Of a DNA stretch of 64,000 nucleotides, positions 29,532 to 39,852 are shown piece after piece. Origin of the DNA: an uncultured candidatus Porisulfidus sp. (GTDB lineage Bacteria; Pseudomonadota; Gammaproteobacteria; Poriferisulfidales; Poriferisulfidaceae). Below the pieces are notes generated by a model that saw nothing but the letters and a program-made list of their open reading frames with translations, was not told the origin of the DNA and did not search any database. Where the stretch lies: NCBI GenBank assembly GCA_965204575.1, contig OZ241993.1, positions 1,664,001-1,728,000 of the forward strand, given 5' to 3'. Every line of letters begins with the position of its first letter. Position 1 is the first letter of the stretch. The position numbers and the translations under genes are program-made.

Positions 29532-30629
29532 CTAATAAACAGCAATGCCGTGCGCGGGCAATAACTCCTTCAGCACATAATAACGATGGAGTGCTGCGGC
29601 TTGGTGAAATCGATAGATATGAGCCCCTATAGCCTCTTTTGAGGAGGGATATTTTGAGAATTGGCTTTTTTCGTTTTCCCACTCTTCAAAAGAGTAGGCA
29701 ATCCTCTCTTCGTCCGGCTCTGGAGGGTAGATGGTTCCTTGTTCAATCGCCGACCGCCATTGTTGGACTCTATCCTCTTTTCTCCCCTCAAACCGAAGAA
29801 TTTCATTCACCTTTTCCTTGAATGAGGAAAACGGTTGCTGAACCACTGGGTTGTCCACATAATACTGATGGGCAAACGAAGACAAGTACTGATGAAGTTC
29901 TTCACATCCCTCCAAATAAGTCTTTGGATTGTCGCGGTCGGATAGGGTTCCGTTTTTGGGACGTTTCTTTTCGAATGTCACTCGCCAATGAAGAAACGGA
30001 CGATCCGGGTAGGTCGCCACAGCACCATGCCCTAGCGCACCGGTACCCTTTTCAATTAACGAACTCGTAAAAGAACGCAAACCATACTTGTTGATGAAAG
30101 CGCCTTTCTTGTCAAGAAGATATCGTTCCATCTCCTCGTTCTTTACTTCAATCAATTCAAAGGAGTCTTCGTCCACCTTGTTGTATTCTGAACTGATGCC
30201 TGAAAAGCCATAATGAGAGAAAGTGTCCATGTAAACGTGGGCGGCAATCCCCATAAGTTCAAATCCAAAAGGCTGGTCCAGAGCTTTCTTGATGTGGTGT
30301 CCGATCATCTCTCGGACAATCTGACTGTTTTTGACGCAGAGCAGTTTCTCCTCTAGGGACTCCCCGTCACCACCAGGCAGAAAATGGAAAGGAACCCAGA
30401 CTCGCCGTTGTTCATCAGCCTCAACTAACCGGTTAAGCACACATTGACTATCATGATGGGCAGTGGCAATTCCGTAGAGCAACCCTTTGTCCGGATGAGG
30501 CTCACTGTCTTGCTGAGTGGAGTCATCCACGAATTGTGCGGCATAAGCAAGAGTTTTTGCATGAGCCGGAAGAAGGCCTGCCGCACGGGCAAGAACATAG
30601 GTTCCATAAAAGTGCATATCGGTCTGCAT
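29532..30629 (-). CDS. DUF6765-like protein (Zn-dependent phospholipase C/P1-nuclease-like motifs)
   Basis: MQTDMHFYGTY, QFVDD, WVPFHFLP, GIAAHVYMDTFSH, LGHG. Confidence 0.7.
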   Translation of the reverse strand: MQTDMHFYGTYVLARAAGLLPAHAKTLAYAAQFVDDSTQQDSEPHPDKGLLYGIATAHHDSQCVLNRLVEADEQRRVWVPFHFLPGGDGESLEEKLLCVKNSQIVREMIGHHIKKALDQPFGFELMGIAAHVYMDTFSHYGFSGISSEYNKVDEDSFELIEVKNEEMERYLLDKKGAFINKYGLRSFTSSLIEKGTGALGHGAVATYPDRPFLHWRVTFEKKRPKNGTLSDRDNPKTYLEGCEELHQYLSSFAHQYYVDNPVVQQPFSSFKEKVNEILRFEGRKEDRVQQWRSAIEQGTIYPPEPDEERIAYSFEEWENEKSQFSKYPSSKEAIGAHIYRFHQAAALHRYYVLKELLPAHGIAVY

Positions 30630-30690
30630 GGATCCCCCTCTGAAGACTCTCTTAATGGTAGAAGTGTTTCTCGAACAGGTTCTGCTTATT

Positions 30691-31164
30691 TCAGCCGCTA
30701 GGCGTTTTAGCTCCTTCCTTTTCGGAGGAAGCCCTCGTTTGATTTGGTGTGTCAGTGCTATCAGGCTGTGGCGGGCTCTGATCTGAACCCTTCCCTGCGA
30801 AATAGAAACCAGTCACAGCACCAGCAAGAGTTCCGAAGGCTGTAACTACTTGCTCAAAATTCTCCCCCATTACATTGGCTCCGAATACAAGAACATTAAC
30901 GAAAGAAGCAACGATCAGCAAAGCCAGCATTGCACGCACTGAACCCTTTGGAAGATTTAAACTTGTGAGTTTTTCGGATTTTTCGGAGTTTGAGATATAG
31001 CTCGCATAGCAGGGTGCCGCCAACAAAACCAACAACAATAACAATACTTCCGTCAAAAAAAGCGGCTCACACAACCACGTGCCATCACAAAACGTAGTAG
31101 CTTGAGGGTTTACTGAACTTTCTGCTGTCAGTTCACTTGCCTGTGCAACAGATAATATGTTCAT
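30691..31164 (-). CDS. Small 3-TM membrane protein
   Basis: Hydrophobic helices; LNLPKGSVRAMLAL and GAVTGFYF motifs. Confidence 0.65.
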   Translation of the reverse strand: MNILSVAQASELTAESSVNPQATTFCDGTWLCEPLFLTEVLLLLLVLLAAPCYASYISNSEKSEKLTSLNLPKGSVRAMLALLIVASFVNVLVFGANVMGENFEQVVTAFGTLAGAVTGFYFAGKGSDQSPPQPDSTDTPNQTRASSEKEGAKTPSG

Positions 31165-31547
31165 GATGTCGTTCCCATAATTTTTAACTCCTATATCTAA
31201 GCGTACTGGCGTGGCTTTCCATGCTAACACCAAAAAATCGTAAGTTGGATTGAATCTCCTTTTTTGCTGATTACTTCCCGCATCAGCATTAGAGTCCGGC
31301 ATTCGCTGACCATTATCTTATACCTGCTTTACTAGACTAGTGGCTTAACAGATAGAATACCAGACGGCTGACCTAAATGTTTAAGTTTCACATCCTCTCT
31401 GACCTATCAGCACCTAACTCTTTGCTAGATATAACCGCCTAAAATGTCCTACTGTTCGTATGATAATTGATTCTGTGTACATAGGTTTCGGATGCGGCTT
31501 GTGCTGGCGCAAGCCATTATGTTGACCTTTTATAATTTTGCATCTCA

Positions 31548-33116
31548 TTGAGCCCAAAAAGCGTGTTTTCCATGGCTCGCATAGACGAACCTTTCAGCGA
31601 AGATTTCCACGGCAGATTGGTTGTTGAAGAAATTTCGACAAATTGCGTTGAGGTTTTCTATGTTCCTTCAAGGCGAAGTTTTGAGTTGTCAGGACTAGAT
31701 TCTGCTAAATTTTCAACCCATCAAGTAAAGTTACTTCGAATAGATAGCGGAAATCAGAGCCTTACAATTTATCCGATCAACACACTTGCCACTAGCACAA
31801 GATTTTTGCAGCCGAAATACGAGCAGATTAAATGCATCACCCTGATAGGTAGCAATGTTGTCCACAATTTTTCGCCTGATGGCGATGGCATACCTCCATC
31901 CGGCCAAGCTTTTATGTCACCCACCTTAGGCCCGACAAAACCGTTAGAAGATGATTCGCTGGATATTGACTCGCTTCACCTCGTTCCTGCAACACAGGAG
32001 GACGTCATCATGATGCTGGAGGCTCTGCCCTCAGCTTTTACGAAAGACTACGATTATGGACTAGGCTTGGCAAAAAAATATCGATTTATCGTTGAATCGG
32101 TAGAGGAACTCTCCGAATGTACCGAACTTGTAATTTCTAGTTGGCATGGCACAAAAATTGAATCAGAGGAAAAGCGTTTTTATCTCTCGTTCAGTGACTT
32201 TGAAATTGCACGCAAATCCATCAATAATACGAACAGAATTTGTCAAACTTCCGCACGGTCTGTCAATACCTCAGTAACACACAATCTCTTGGCAGAACGG
32301 ACAGGGCAACCAACAATTCCAGTACAAATCGGAAGGCACCCACTGCGTAAAAAAATTTCCGCAGCAGCTCAAGAGAATGAAGCATTGTCGAAAGAAGATC
32401 AGGCAATGGTCCTAAAAATTATTCAGAAAAATGTGGACTCCATTGCCCTGGCAGAACCCAGCAAACTGTTCAAGCTTAAGCACGATATCGAACTCGCCAA
32501 TCTTGAGACTCTGATTATTCGTTACAGAGAAATGATTTCTGCAAACACGCCTGAAGGCCATTGGCAAGCTTTCTTGAACGAGAATCCATTTGTTTTAAGT
32601 TTAGCTTTTGGATACCCTGTGGTAATCACTCAAGATCAGGCGTCTGTTGGAGGAAGAAAGTTTTCTGGCAGCGGCGAAAGCATTGCTGACTATATGGTAA
32701 AAAACAGCATGACTAATAATGTTGCAATTGTTGAAATTAAAACGCCCAAAACAAAACTTCTCAATGAAACGCCTCCTCGCACGGGAATATTTGCCCCATC
32801 CACTAAACTTTCCGAAGCCATCAGTCAAGCTCTTGATCAGAAATATAAGCTTGAGCAAAATTTCGCACAACTCCAAGTGAATAGCAAAAAGTACGATATC
32901 GAAGCCTACTCAATACACTGTTGCTTGGTCATCGGGACATTACCAACCGGTGAAGATAAGTTAAAATCATTTGAATTATTTCGGGGAAATTCTAAAAACG
33001 TTGAAGTTGTCACGTTTGATGAACTCTTAAAAAAACTAGAACAACTTAGAGAATTCCTGAATCTGCCTGATACAAGGCCACCCCCCCAAACTCAGCACAT
33101 TGAACCACCTTTTTAG
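31548..33116 (+). CDS. sduA: Shedu anti-phage nuclease (DUF4263)
   Basis: EGHWQAFLNENP, IADY, IVEIKTP, AISQ, VVTFDELL; start may be ATG 31572. Confidence 0.88.
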   Translation: MSPKSVFSMARIDEPFSEDFHGRLVVEEISTNCVEVFYVPSRRSFELSGLDSAKFSTHQVKLLRIDSGNQSLTIYPINTLATSTRFLQPKYEQIKCITLIGSNVVHNFSPDGDGIPPSGQAFMSPTLGPTKPLEDDSLDIDSLHLVPATQEDVIMMLEALPSAFTKDYDYGLGLAKKYRFIVESVEELSECTELVISSWHGTKIESEEKRFYLSFSDFEIARKSINNTNRICQTSARSVNTSVTHNLLAERTGQPTIPVQIGRHPLRKKISAAAQENEALSKEDQAMVLKIIQKNVDSIALAEPSKLFKLKHDIELANLETLIIRYREMISANTPEGHWQAFLNENPFVLSLAFGYPVVITQDQASVGGRKFSGSGESIADYMVKNSMTNNVAIVEIKTPKTKLLNETPPRTGIFAPSTKLSEAISQALDQKYKLEQNFAQLQVNSKKYDIEAYSIHCCLVIGTLPTGEDKLKSFELFRGNSKNVEVVTFDELLKKLEQLREFLNLPDTRPPPQTQHIEPPF

Positions 33117-33195
33117 GTGCTTCGCGGTTTCATGGGGGATTTGCGGGAAGCAAGTGACTATACTTTCGGCATTTGTCATAGTTCCCTTTTGAGTT

Positions 33196-34209
33196 CTAAT
33201 GCGTCTCGACCAATTTTAGAACTTGGTCGAAAACCTGTTGCGGAGTAATGTCTCTCATGCAGGAGTGATGCCCATACGGGCATTGATTCTGATAGCAAGG
33301 GCTACACAAAGTTCCCATCCACAATATCTCCCGAGAATCTGATAATGGAGGATACGATTGGGGACTGGTTGGTCCGTAAATTCCCACGACTGGAGTCTCG
33401 ACAGCTGCGGCTACATGCATAAGCCCGGAGTCATTGGAAACTACGCATTTAGACGCAACAATCACGTCCACCGCCTCACTTATGGAAGATTTCCCACACA
33501 AGTTCGTAATACCCTGAGGATGTTCTGCGGCAATCACTTGACCCAAAGCAAATTCTTGATCTCCACCCATAACGCACACATGTTGTTTCTCAGCCAACAT
33601 CCTGGAAAGTTGCACAAAATATTCAATTGGCCATTTTTTGGTGCTCCACTTCGAAGCTCCAGGGGCAAGTACGATCAAAGGTTTTTGGGAAATATTCATT
33701 TCGAAACGGCCAACTGTCTCAGCGATTTCTTTTTCGCTAGTCTGCAGGCGCGGATATGGCAGATGATCTGGAACAGGCATTTCTTTCGGGAGTAAGCCGA
33801 TCGTTTTCTGGTGAAAATTGCCTGGGCGCCCTCCCCGCTGGTCATTAATTAGACCCGGTCGAACCTGCTTGAAGCCGGTACGAATCTTGATCTTGGAAAA
33901 GAAAATTAACCAAGCGGCGCTTGTGGAACGTGGGATCAAGATGGCCTGCCGGTAACCTTCTCCACGCAAATCCAAGCAGGCGTTCAGCCACTTGCGGGAC
34001 AATAACCGAATCGACCGGACATCCAAGGAGAAGTGCTTTCGCACCTCCGGCATCCGCTTGATTAACCCTTGAGCCATCGGAGGAGCAATTACATCGATCT
34101 CTAGGTCCGGCTCATGCTGCTTCAGCAAGCAAAGCAGCGTGTGGTTCATCACGATGTCGCCCACACTGAAATCCAAGACAACTAGAATGCGGCGAGAGGA
34201 TTCAGTCAT
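33196..34209 (-). CDS. waaF: Lipopolysaccharide heptosyltransferase II (GT9)
   Basis: VGDIV, APGA..KKWP, NLCGK, SNDSGLMHVAAA, YGPT, CSPC. Confidence 0.85.
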   Translation of the reverse strand: MTESSRRILVVLDFSVGDIVMNHTLLCLLKQHEPDLEIDVIAPPMAQGLIKRMPEVRKHFSLDVRSIRLLSRKWLNACLDLRGEGYRQAILIPRSTSAAWLIFFSKIKIRTGFKQVRPGLINDQRGGRPGNFHQKTIGLLPKEMPVPDHLPYPRLQTSEKEIAETVGRFEMNISQKPLIVLAPGASKWSTKKWPIEYFVQLSRMLAEKQHVCVMGGDQEFALGQVIAAEHPQGITNLCGKSSISEAVDVIVASKCVVSNDSGLMHVAAAVETPVVGIYGPTSPQSYPPLSDSREILWMGTLCSPCYQNQCPYGHHSCMRDITPQQVFDQVLKLVETH

Positions 34210-34359
34210 ATCAGAGTATTGGGCTCCCTGCTAACCACGTAACTCACAAGGGGTTTGGCGTATTTATGTAAATCATCCTTGATAGGTCATTTTAAAGATA
34301 CATCCCACCCTAATACAATACGACACTTGTTCAAACCCGAACATCTCCAAATCTCCTGT

Positions 34360-35049
34360 ATGGCCAACGAAACATCAAAGACACGCCTTGTTCGGGATGA
34401 AGATTTCGACGAGAAGTACCTGCGGGGAAAAGTTTTGGACATCGGCGCCGGTAAGGATCGGGTTTGTGCCAGTGCTGATGGATTTGACACTGATGACGGG
34501 GATGCCAATCAAATATTGGGGGTTCTGGAAAGAGAGTCTTATGACACGGTTTATTCCAGCCATTGTCTTGAGCACATGTTTGACCCCCCTCAAGCCTTGA
34601 AACAATGGTGGGAATTAATCAAACCCGATGGGTATCTTGTGCTCGTTGTTCCAGATGAAGATCTATATGAGCAAGGAATTTGGCCCAGCATCTTCAACAC
34701 GGACCACAAAGCGACTTTCCGTATGGACTCCGATCTTTCATGGTCGCCGGTCTCACATGATGTATGTTCTTTAGTTCGCTCACTGCCGAGAGCCACGGTG
34801 ATCTCCGTGGAAAGGCATGACATGCACTACGACTACCAGCTCATGGCCAAGCCAGGAGAGGCATGGAGACCGAAGACTTTCTTTGTCAAGTATTTGTACC
34901 GGATTGCACGTCAAATGCCCACAAAGATGAAACCTATTTGTCGCAAGTGGGTCGACCAATTCGCCCGATTCCGAAAAATTCCTGTCGACCAAACACTGGG
35001 ACCCGCATTGGCTCAGATACAAGTGGTCGCCCAGAAACAACAGATCTAG
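34360..35049 (+). CDS. Class I SAM-dependent methyltransferase
   Basis: VLDIGAG, YSSHCLEH, IKPDGYL. Confidence 0.85.
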   Translation: MANETSKTRLVRDEDFDEKYLRGKVLDIGAGKDRVCASADGFDTDDGDANQILGVLERESYDTVYSSHCLEHMFDPPQALKQWWELIKPDGYLVLVVPDEDLYEQGIWPSIFNTDHKATFRMDSDLSWSPVSHDVCSLVRSLPRATVISVERHDMHYDYQLMAKPGEAWRPKTFFVKYLYRIARQMPTKMKPICRKWVDQFARFRKIPVDQTLGPALAQIQVVAQKQQI

Positions 35050-35080
35050 CCCGAGTTGCAGAACGCTGAAGAAAGTAAAA

Positions 35081-35824
35081 ATGCTTCCCAGACAATTCCA
35101 GCCAACCGCAACTTATGACCTAATCCGCCTGGGTAGAAACCATGATGGAGGATACCTTGTAGATCCAACATCGGTTGTTAAAGCAGAATCGCTGATTTCC
35201 TTCGGGCTTTCTACTGATTGGTCATTTGAAAAAGATTTTTTGGCCAAAAGCAACATTCCACTATTAGCGTATGACGGCACCATTGCAACAAAACATTTAT
35301 TTCGACGTGTCGTTAGAAATTTCTTGCAACTCAGATTACGAAAGCTATTTTTCTCAATCTGCACGCTTGTGGACTACTTCTCGTTTTTTAAGCACCCTCG
35401 CGTACATCATCGTCTTAATGTCGGATACGATTCTCAAAAATCCACTTCCTTATCATCCATTTTGCTGAAAGAACAACCTAAAACCCCAATTTTTGTCAAG
35501 ATGGACATTGAAGGTTCGGAATACCGAGTACTTGGCGACCTCCTAAAACATTCGTCAAGCATTAGCGGTTTGGTGGCCGAATTTCATGATGTCGATCTTC
35601 ACCAAGAGAGGATTTTAGATTTCATGAAAGAATTTCCCCTAACCCTAGTCCACATTCATAGTAATAATTGTGGTCAATTGGTCGATTCTGCCGGGGATCC
35701 AATTACACTTGAAATGACTTTCTCGGCGTCCCCCATCGAAATCGCTCCCCAGCCGTCAATCCCACATCCTCTCGATCAGGAAAACTGTCCGAACGAAAAA
35801 GACTTGCCGCTCGGATTCATCTAG
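35081..35824 (+). CDS. FkbM-like methyltransferase (surface polysaccharide associated)
   Basis: RLGRNHDGGY, SFG..DWSFE, KMDIEGSEY, EFH, HIHSNN. Confidence 0.78.
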   Translation: MLPRQFQPTATYDLIRLGRNHDGGYLVDPTSVVKAESLISFGLSTDWSFEKDFLAKSNIPLLAYDGTIATKHLFRRVVRNFLQLRLRKLFFSICTLVDYFSFFKHPRVHHRLNVGYDSQKSTSLSSILLKEQPKTPIFVKMDIEGSEYRVLGDLLKHSSSISGLVAEFHDVDLHQERILDFMKEFPLTLVHIHSNNCGQLVDSAGDPITLEMTFSASPIEIAPQPSIPHPLDQENCPNEKDLPLGFI

Positions 35825-35837
35825 CTACTGCACCATT

Positions 35838-37430
35838 TCAGTTCAAAACCGATCCATAATCCTGGTAGACCTTTATATGCTCTTTCGCTATCAACTCCGG
35901 GCTGTACTCTTTCGCCCTCTCAATCCCCTTCTCTGACAGACTTCGCCTCAACCCTTCTGACCGATATAGACGAAGCAATTGCTCTGCCAATGCCCCCGCA
36001 TCTCCAGGCGGAACCAAAATTCCGCACCCTTCAGCAATGATTTCCGGGATCCCATCCACCCGGCTCGCCACGATTGGCACGCCCGCGCGCATTACATCCA
36101 GAAGCGTGGACCCCAACGGCTCGATCAGAGAAGGAAATGCGAAAAGATCAAAAGCGGCAATCCATGTGATGGGATCTTCAACCCAACCTGCAAAGTGCAC
36201 ATTGGATAAACTTCCGGCCTGCTGATGGAATTCTTCCTCCAAACGGCCACTCCCTAGCAAAACAAACTGGATATCTGGCACATCCTGCTGAAGGACTCGC
36301 GCCGCCTGAAGCAATATGGAGTGCCCCTTCTCCGGGCCATCCATCGCAGCAGCGTGCCCGACAATGCATTTACCCGAAAACTTCTCCCTGATCTTCCGCA
36401 CCTCCTCCGGATCAGGATACTCGGGATTCCAAGCATCGGGGATGCGGTCGATTGAAAGCTCCGGGAAACGATCCCGAAGACTGTTTTCCACCGCCTCAGT
36501 CAAAGCCACTACAGTTCGTGCATTCCGGTATACGGCAGAACTGTAGACATTGGAGCGCACAGGCCTTATCAACCGGCGTGTAATCAGATATTGCTTGCCA
36601 AACAGGCTGGCAGCATACGCCGCCTGCGCCGCATGCGCTTCATGCGCGTGCAGTAAAGATGCGCCTCGACAAGCGAATACCGCCGACAACCGGTTTCTGA
36701 CCCGGCAAACCTCCAAATCTGGGCTGCTTTGGAAGCGATTCGCCAAAGGACCGTGGCGCAGCACAACGACACGCTGCTTGGGCATGTTTTCGACCGCAAG
36801 TGCCTTGACTAGGATCTCAGTCTGACGCTCACCCCCTCGCAGTTTTGGGTTGCGGGCCAGATTGATATGGCAAACCAAAACATCCCCTTGGAGCCTCTCC
36901 CGATTCCACAATTTGGCATGGTACTGCGGAGATTGCGTCGCAAGCCGACGAATCAGCCAGAAAGGACCAATCAGTGTGCAGTATACCCTTGACGCATACC
37001 AACTGCCTCGGAGCTTCCAGAAAGTGCTCCAGATTGCTTTAATCTCCCATGACAAATCAAGGATCAAATCAGAAGAAACCTTTATCTCTACAGAATCTCC
37101 GTTTTTTAATTGAAATTTCTCCCTAAGCCGATAGGGAGAGAGAACCTCGACAATGTGCAGAGGATGTCCTTTTGCCCTTGTGAGCAGGCAACGGCTCCCG
37201 TTGATTTCTGCAGCCCAGTAATAGGCACGATGCCCTCCGGGAAATGCAACCTTCTCTGGATCAAATCGAATGGGCTTCTCAAGTGCAACGTTCAACGAGC
37301 CCGGGGCTTGGAGTTCCCCGAAAAAGTCTGAAATTGGCGATTCGCCGACTTTTGATCGAGAAGCAGTGCCGCGTCCGCTAATTACACGACCGTACATTAT
37401 TGCCTGTTTGGGCGTAGGACTTGGATTCAC
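35838..37430 (-). CDS. Fusion of an N-terminal CTP-dependent riboflavin-kinase-like domain and a GT4 glycosyltransferase
   Basis: GRVISGRG..PGSLNV..EVLSPYRLR..LKNGDSV at the N-terminus; RGGERQ, EKG, FPS..EPLG..D.M.AGVP.VAS.V.GIPE at the C-terminus. Confidence 0.78.
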   Translation of the reverse strand: MNPSPTPKQAIMYGRVISGRGTASRSKVGESPISDFFGELQAPGSLNVALEKPIRFDPEKVAFPGGHRAYYWAAEINGSRCLLTRAKGHPLHIVEVLSPYRLREKFQLKNGDSVEIKVSSDLILDLSWEIKAIWSTFWKLRGSWYASRVYCTLIGPFWLIRRLATQSPQYHAKLWNRERLQGDVLVCHINLARNPKLRGGERQTEILVKALAVENMPKQRVVVLRHGPLANRFQSSPDLEVCRVRNRLSAVFACRGASLLHAHEAHAAQAAYAASLFGKQYLITRRLIRPVRSNVYSSAVYRNARTVVALTEAVENSLRDRFPELSIDRIPDAWNPEYPDPEEVRKIREKFSGKCIVGHAAAMDGPEKGHSILLQAARVLQQDVPDIQFVLLGSGRLEEEFHQQAGSLSNVHFAGWVEDPITWIAAFDLFAFPSLIEPLGSTLLDVMRAGVPIVASRVDGIPEIIAEGCGILVPPGDAGALAEQLLRLYRSEGLRRSLSEKGIERAKEYSPELIAKEHIKVYQDYGSVLN

Positions 37431-37479
37431 GTTCGTATCAATCCAAAAAGTTCCCGAGATTCGGCGCCTCGAGAAATGA

Positions 37480-39576
37480 CTACCAATGCATCTCTATGTA
37501 CTTGTGCGTTTCTTCAGAGTCAAGACAGCGAGAGGTATTTCCTGCACGAATATAGAACATTTTCTCTTTGCCGGATTCTTTTACAAATACCGGTTCAGGA
37601 GATCGTTCAACATCAATGATACAGACCGATTTGTCCTCAACATCTTCAAAGCGTATGCGGTAGCATTGCACAATAGCAACACCTATACTTTCGGAGATCA
37701 AATCAACTAGAAGGCGTTCGAAACGATCCCGCGATTGATTCACAAGCGCAAGATCTCTATCCAATCCCAAAACGCTTCCATCATCTTCCACCCCTATTAC
37801 CAAAGTGCCACCTTGCGAATTCAAGAATGCGGCGATTGTTTTTATAACAGACAACCGCAAAGCCTTATTCTGCTCATTTTTCACAATATCCCATTGGAGC
37901 GTACTCTTAAATTCGAGGACATAGCTCTCGCCATGCTGGACGATGTCTGTGATCGGTCTGAAAAAGGTTGGGTCATGGTCACTAATCAAACTATCCATGA
38001 ACTCATTGAGTTTTCGAGCTATGGTTTTCCGGCGAATTGCCAAAAAGTCCTTATAGTTTTCAACTGTCCATAGGCTAGGGTCCATGGGAACAAACTGTGC
38101 AGACAATGCGCCCGGGTAGTTCTCTTCGATCTTTGGGAGATATTCTTCAGGCAATTTGTTTTTTATTGATGCGGGTTCGGCAAGAAACGCCCGGTTTGCG
38201 ATTTCATTTACTGCTTGGCGCTGAATCCGATTCTCGGGGGACCAACCATTCTTGTAGAGGCGAGACTGCGGAAATATATGGATGTCATAAAACCCATCGT
38301 CTCTCGTTTGCCCCAGAGGAAGCCCATTGAACCAATCAACGGCCTGATGGGCTTTCGCTAAAATGTACGCCGCTGTGTAAAGCGGATTTTGAGAGCCTCG
38401 ACCCTCGAAATCCAAAGCCTTGACTTCAATGCGTCCACGTTGCTCAATGATATTCCCGCGAAGAGCCTCCCAAGGTTCAGTTTCCCTTACCACCAACTGA
38501 ACATCTGCTTCTAGTCGCTGGTCAGTCTGCGCAGTGTACCGGGACCACATGAGTGCGGCATACAACCAGTGGGAAGCATGGCGAATCGATTTTTCATTGG
38601 GAAACTGGCCATTATTCATTGAGAGGTAGACAATGAGGGGAATAAGCGCATTGCTCGTACTGAGATCGTAAGTAGAATGTATAAACATCTTCAGCGGGAG
38701 AATGGTCAGCAGATAATCCAATATCTTGGACAACTTGTCCCATCCATACTTCAATTCCTCGCGTGGACGCGAGTGAATCAATTCAAACAATGCACGATTT
38801 GTAACAGTTGTGGTTAACGCGCGCGTCATGAAAGTCAGTCCAAAATCAAATCCTTGATCGTTACAACTTTCCATCTTGGCTTTCAATTCACGTCTCGCCG
38901 CTGGCCATTTCCCAGTCATATGGGTCAGGGCAAGCTCAGCATCCGTCAGATGAGTTCCTTGCCTGTTCACTCTGTCGAAGATATCAATCGCTTCGTCCAA
39001 ATTGGCACTAGATGGCACCATTAATTCTGGAAGGTTGACGTCCTTAATCCTGCGAATTGAGTTGAGATTGTCCATCAGTAGTTGTGCCAATTCCATCGGG
39101 TCTTGCCCATCTTCGGCTTTTTCTTGGGCTATCTGGATGGGGCTAATTTCATTACTGTCTTCAAAGCAATCAGTCACTTGTTGCCAATAAGAATCGTCTT
39201 TCATTCGGGATGGCTGATAATATTGGAAGTCCAAGTTCCTTATATTTACGTAAAGATTGCGTGGATCATTTTCAATCTCATTTTCGGTGTAGTAGCACGG
39301 GATTTCGCCAATAATCAGCATGTGCAATGTCGTCAGACGTTGCTGACCATCAAGTAGAACTTGCACAGTGCCTATCTTTTCTGGCAGTGCCTTAATATTC
39401 TTAAGTTCAGGTGGGTTCTCCGTTTTCCATAACAACAAAACCCCAACAGGATACTCACGGGACAGTGAAATCATCAATTGTTTCGCTTGTTCCAAACTCC
39501 ATACATACTCACGCTGGAATTCTGGAAGCACAAGGTCATTCCTTTGAATGCAATCAAGTAGTTCACTAATTTTCAT
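37480..39576 (-). CDS. GmrSD-type (DUF262) restriction protein fused to a C-terminal Schlafen/AlbA_2 domain
   Basis: LPEFQREYVW, LLDGQQRLTT, IFDRVN; HIFP..NEIAN; ESYVLEFKST..AFLNSQGGTLVIGVEDDG. Confidence 0.85.
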   Translation of the reverse strand: MKISELLDCIQRNDLVLPEFQREYVWSLEQAKQLMISLSREYPVGVLLLWKTENPPELKNIKALPEKIGTVQVLLDGQQRLTTLHMLIIGEIPCYYTENEIENDPRNLYVNIRNLDFQYYQPSRMKDDSYWQQVTDCFEDSNEISPIQIAQEKAEDGQDPMELAQLLMDNLNSIRRIKDVNLPELMVPSSANLDEAIDIFDRVNRQGTHLTDAELALTHMTGKWPAARRELKAKMESCNDQGFDFGLTFMTRALTTTVTNRALFELIHSRPREELKYGWDKLSKILDYLLTILPLKMFIHSTYDLSTSNALIPLIVYLSMNNGQFPNEKSIRHASHWLYAALMWSRYTAQTDQRLEADVQLVVRETEPWEALRGNIIEQRGRIEVKALDFEGRGSQNPLYTAAYILAKAHQAVDWFNGLPLGQTRDDGFYDIHIFPQSRLYKNGWSPENRIQRQAVNEIANRAFLAEPASIKNKLPEEYLPKIEENYPGALSAQFVPMDPSLWTVENYKDFLAIRRKTIARKLNEFMDSLISDHDPTFFRPITDIVQHGESYVLEFKSTLQWDIVKNEQNKALRLSVIKTIAAFLNSQGGTLVIGVEDDGSVLGLDRDLALVNQSRDRFERLLVDLISESIGVAIVQCYRIRFEDVEDKSVCIIDVERSPEPVFVKESGKEKMFYIRAGNTSRCLDSEETHKYIEMHW

Positions 39577-39852
39577 CTGGCTTGATTTTTTTATTGGACA
39601 CATTTGCTGTGAGCAGTTTCGATTATACCTAGAGGCCCAGGCTGCATAAATGTGTGTGAGGATGAAGTCTGCTCATTGCCCACAGAGGAATGGTATTTGC
39701 CCAATATGGCTCTTCTACATGTTGGGCAGATATGAACCGATTGGCACACTCTGAAGCCTCTAAAGAGACTGCGGGGTTCCACGTGTGCATAGTATTCCCT
39801 ATGCCGCCATCGGGTCACACCACTCTGTATATACTCGTAAGCACCAGTAGCA

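Noticed and set aside
31330-31540. Possible integron attC site upstream of Shedu
   Set aside because: A CTAAC-like box is present, but no matching GTTRRRY with a complementary stem and no repeated cassette structure or integrase
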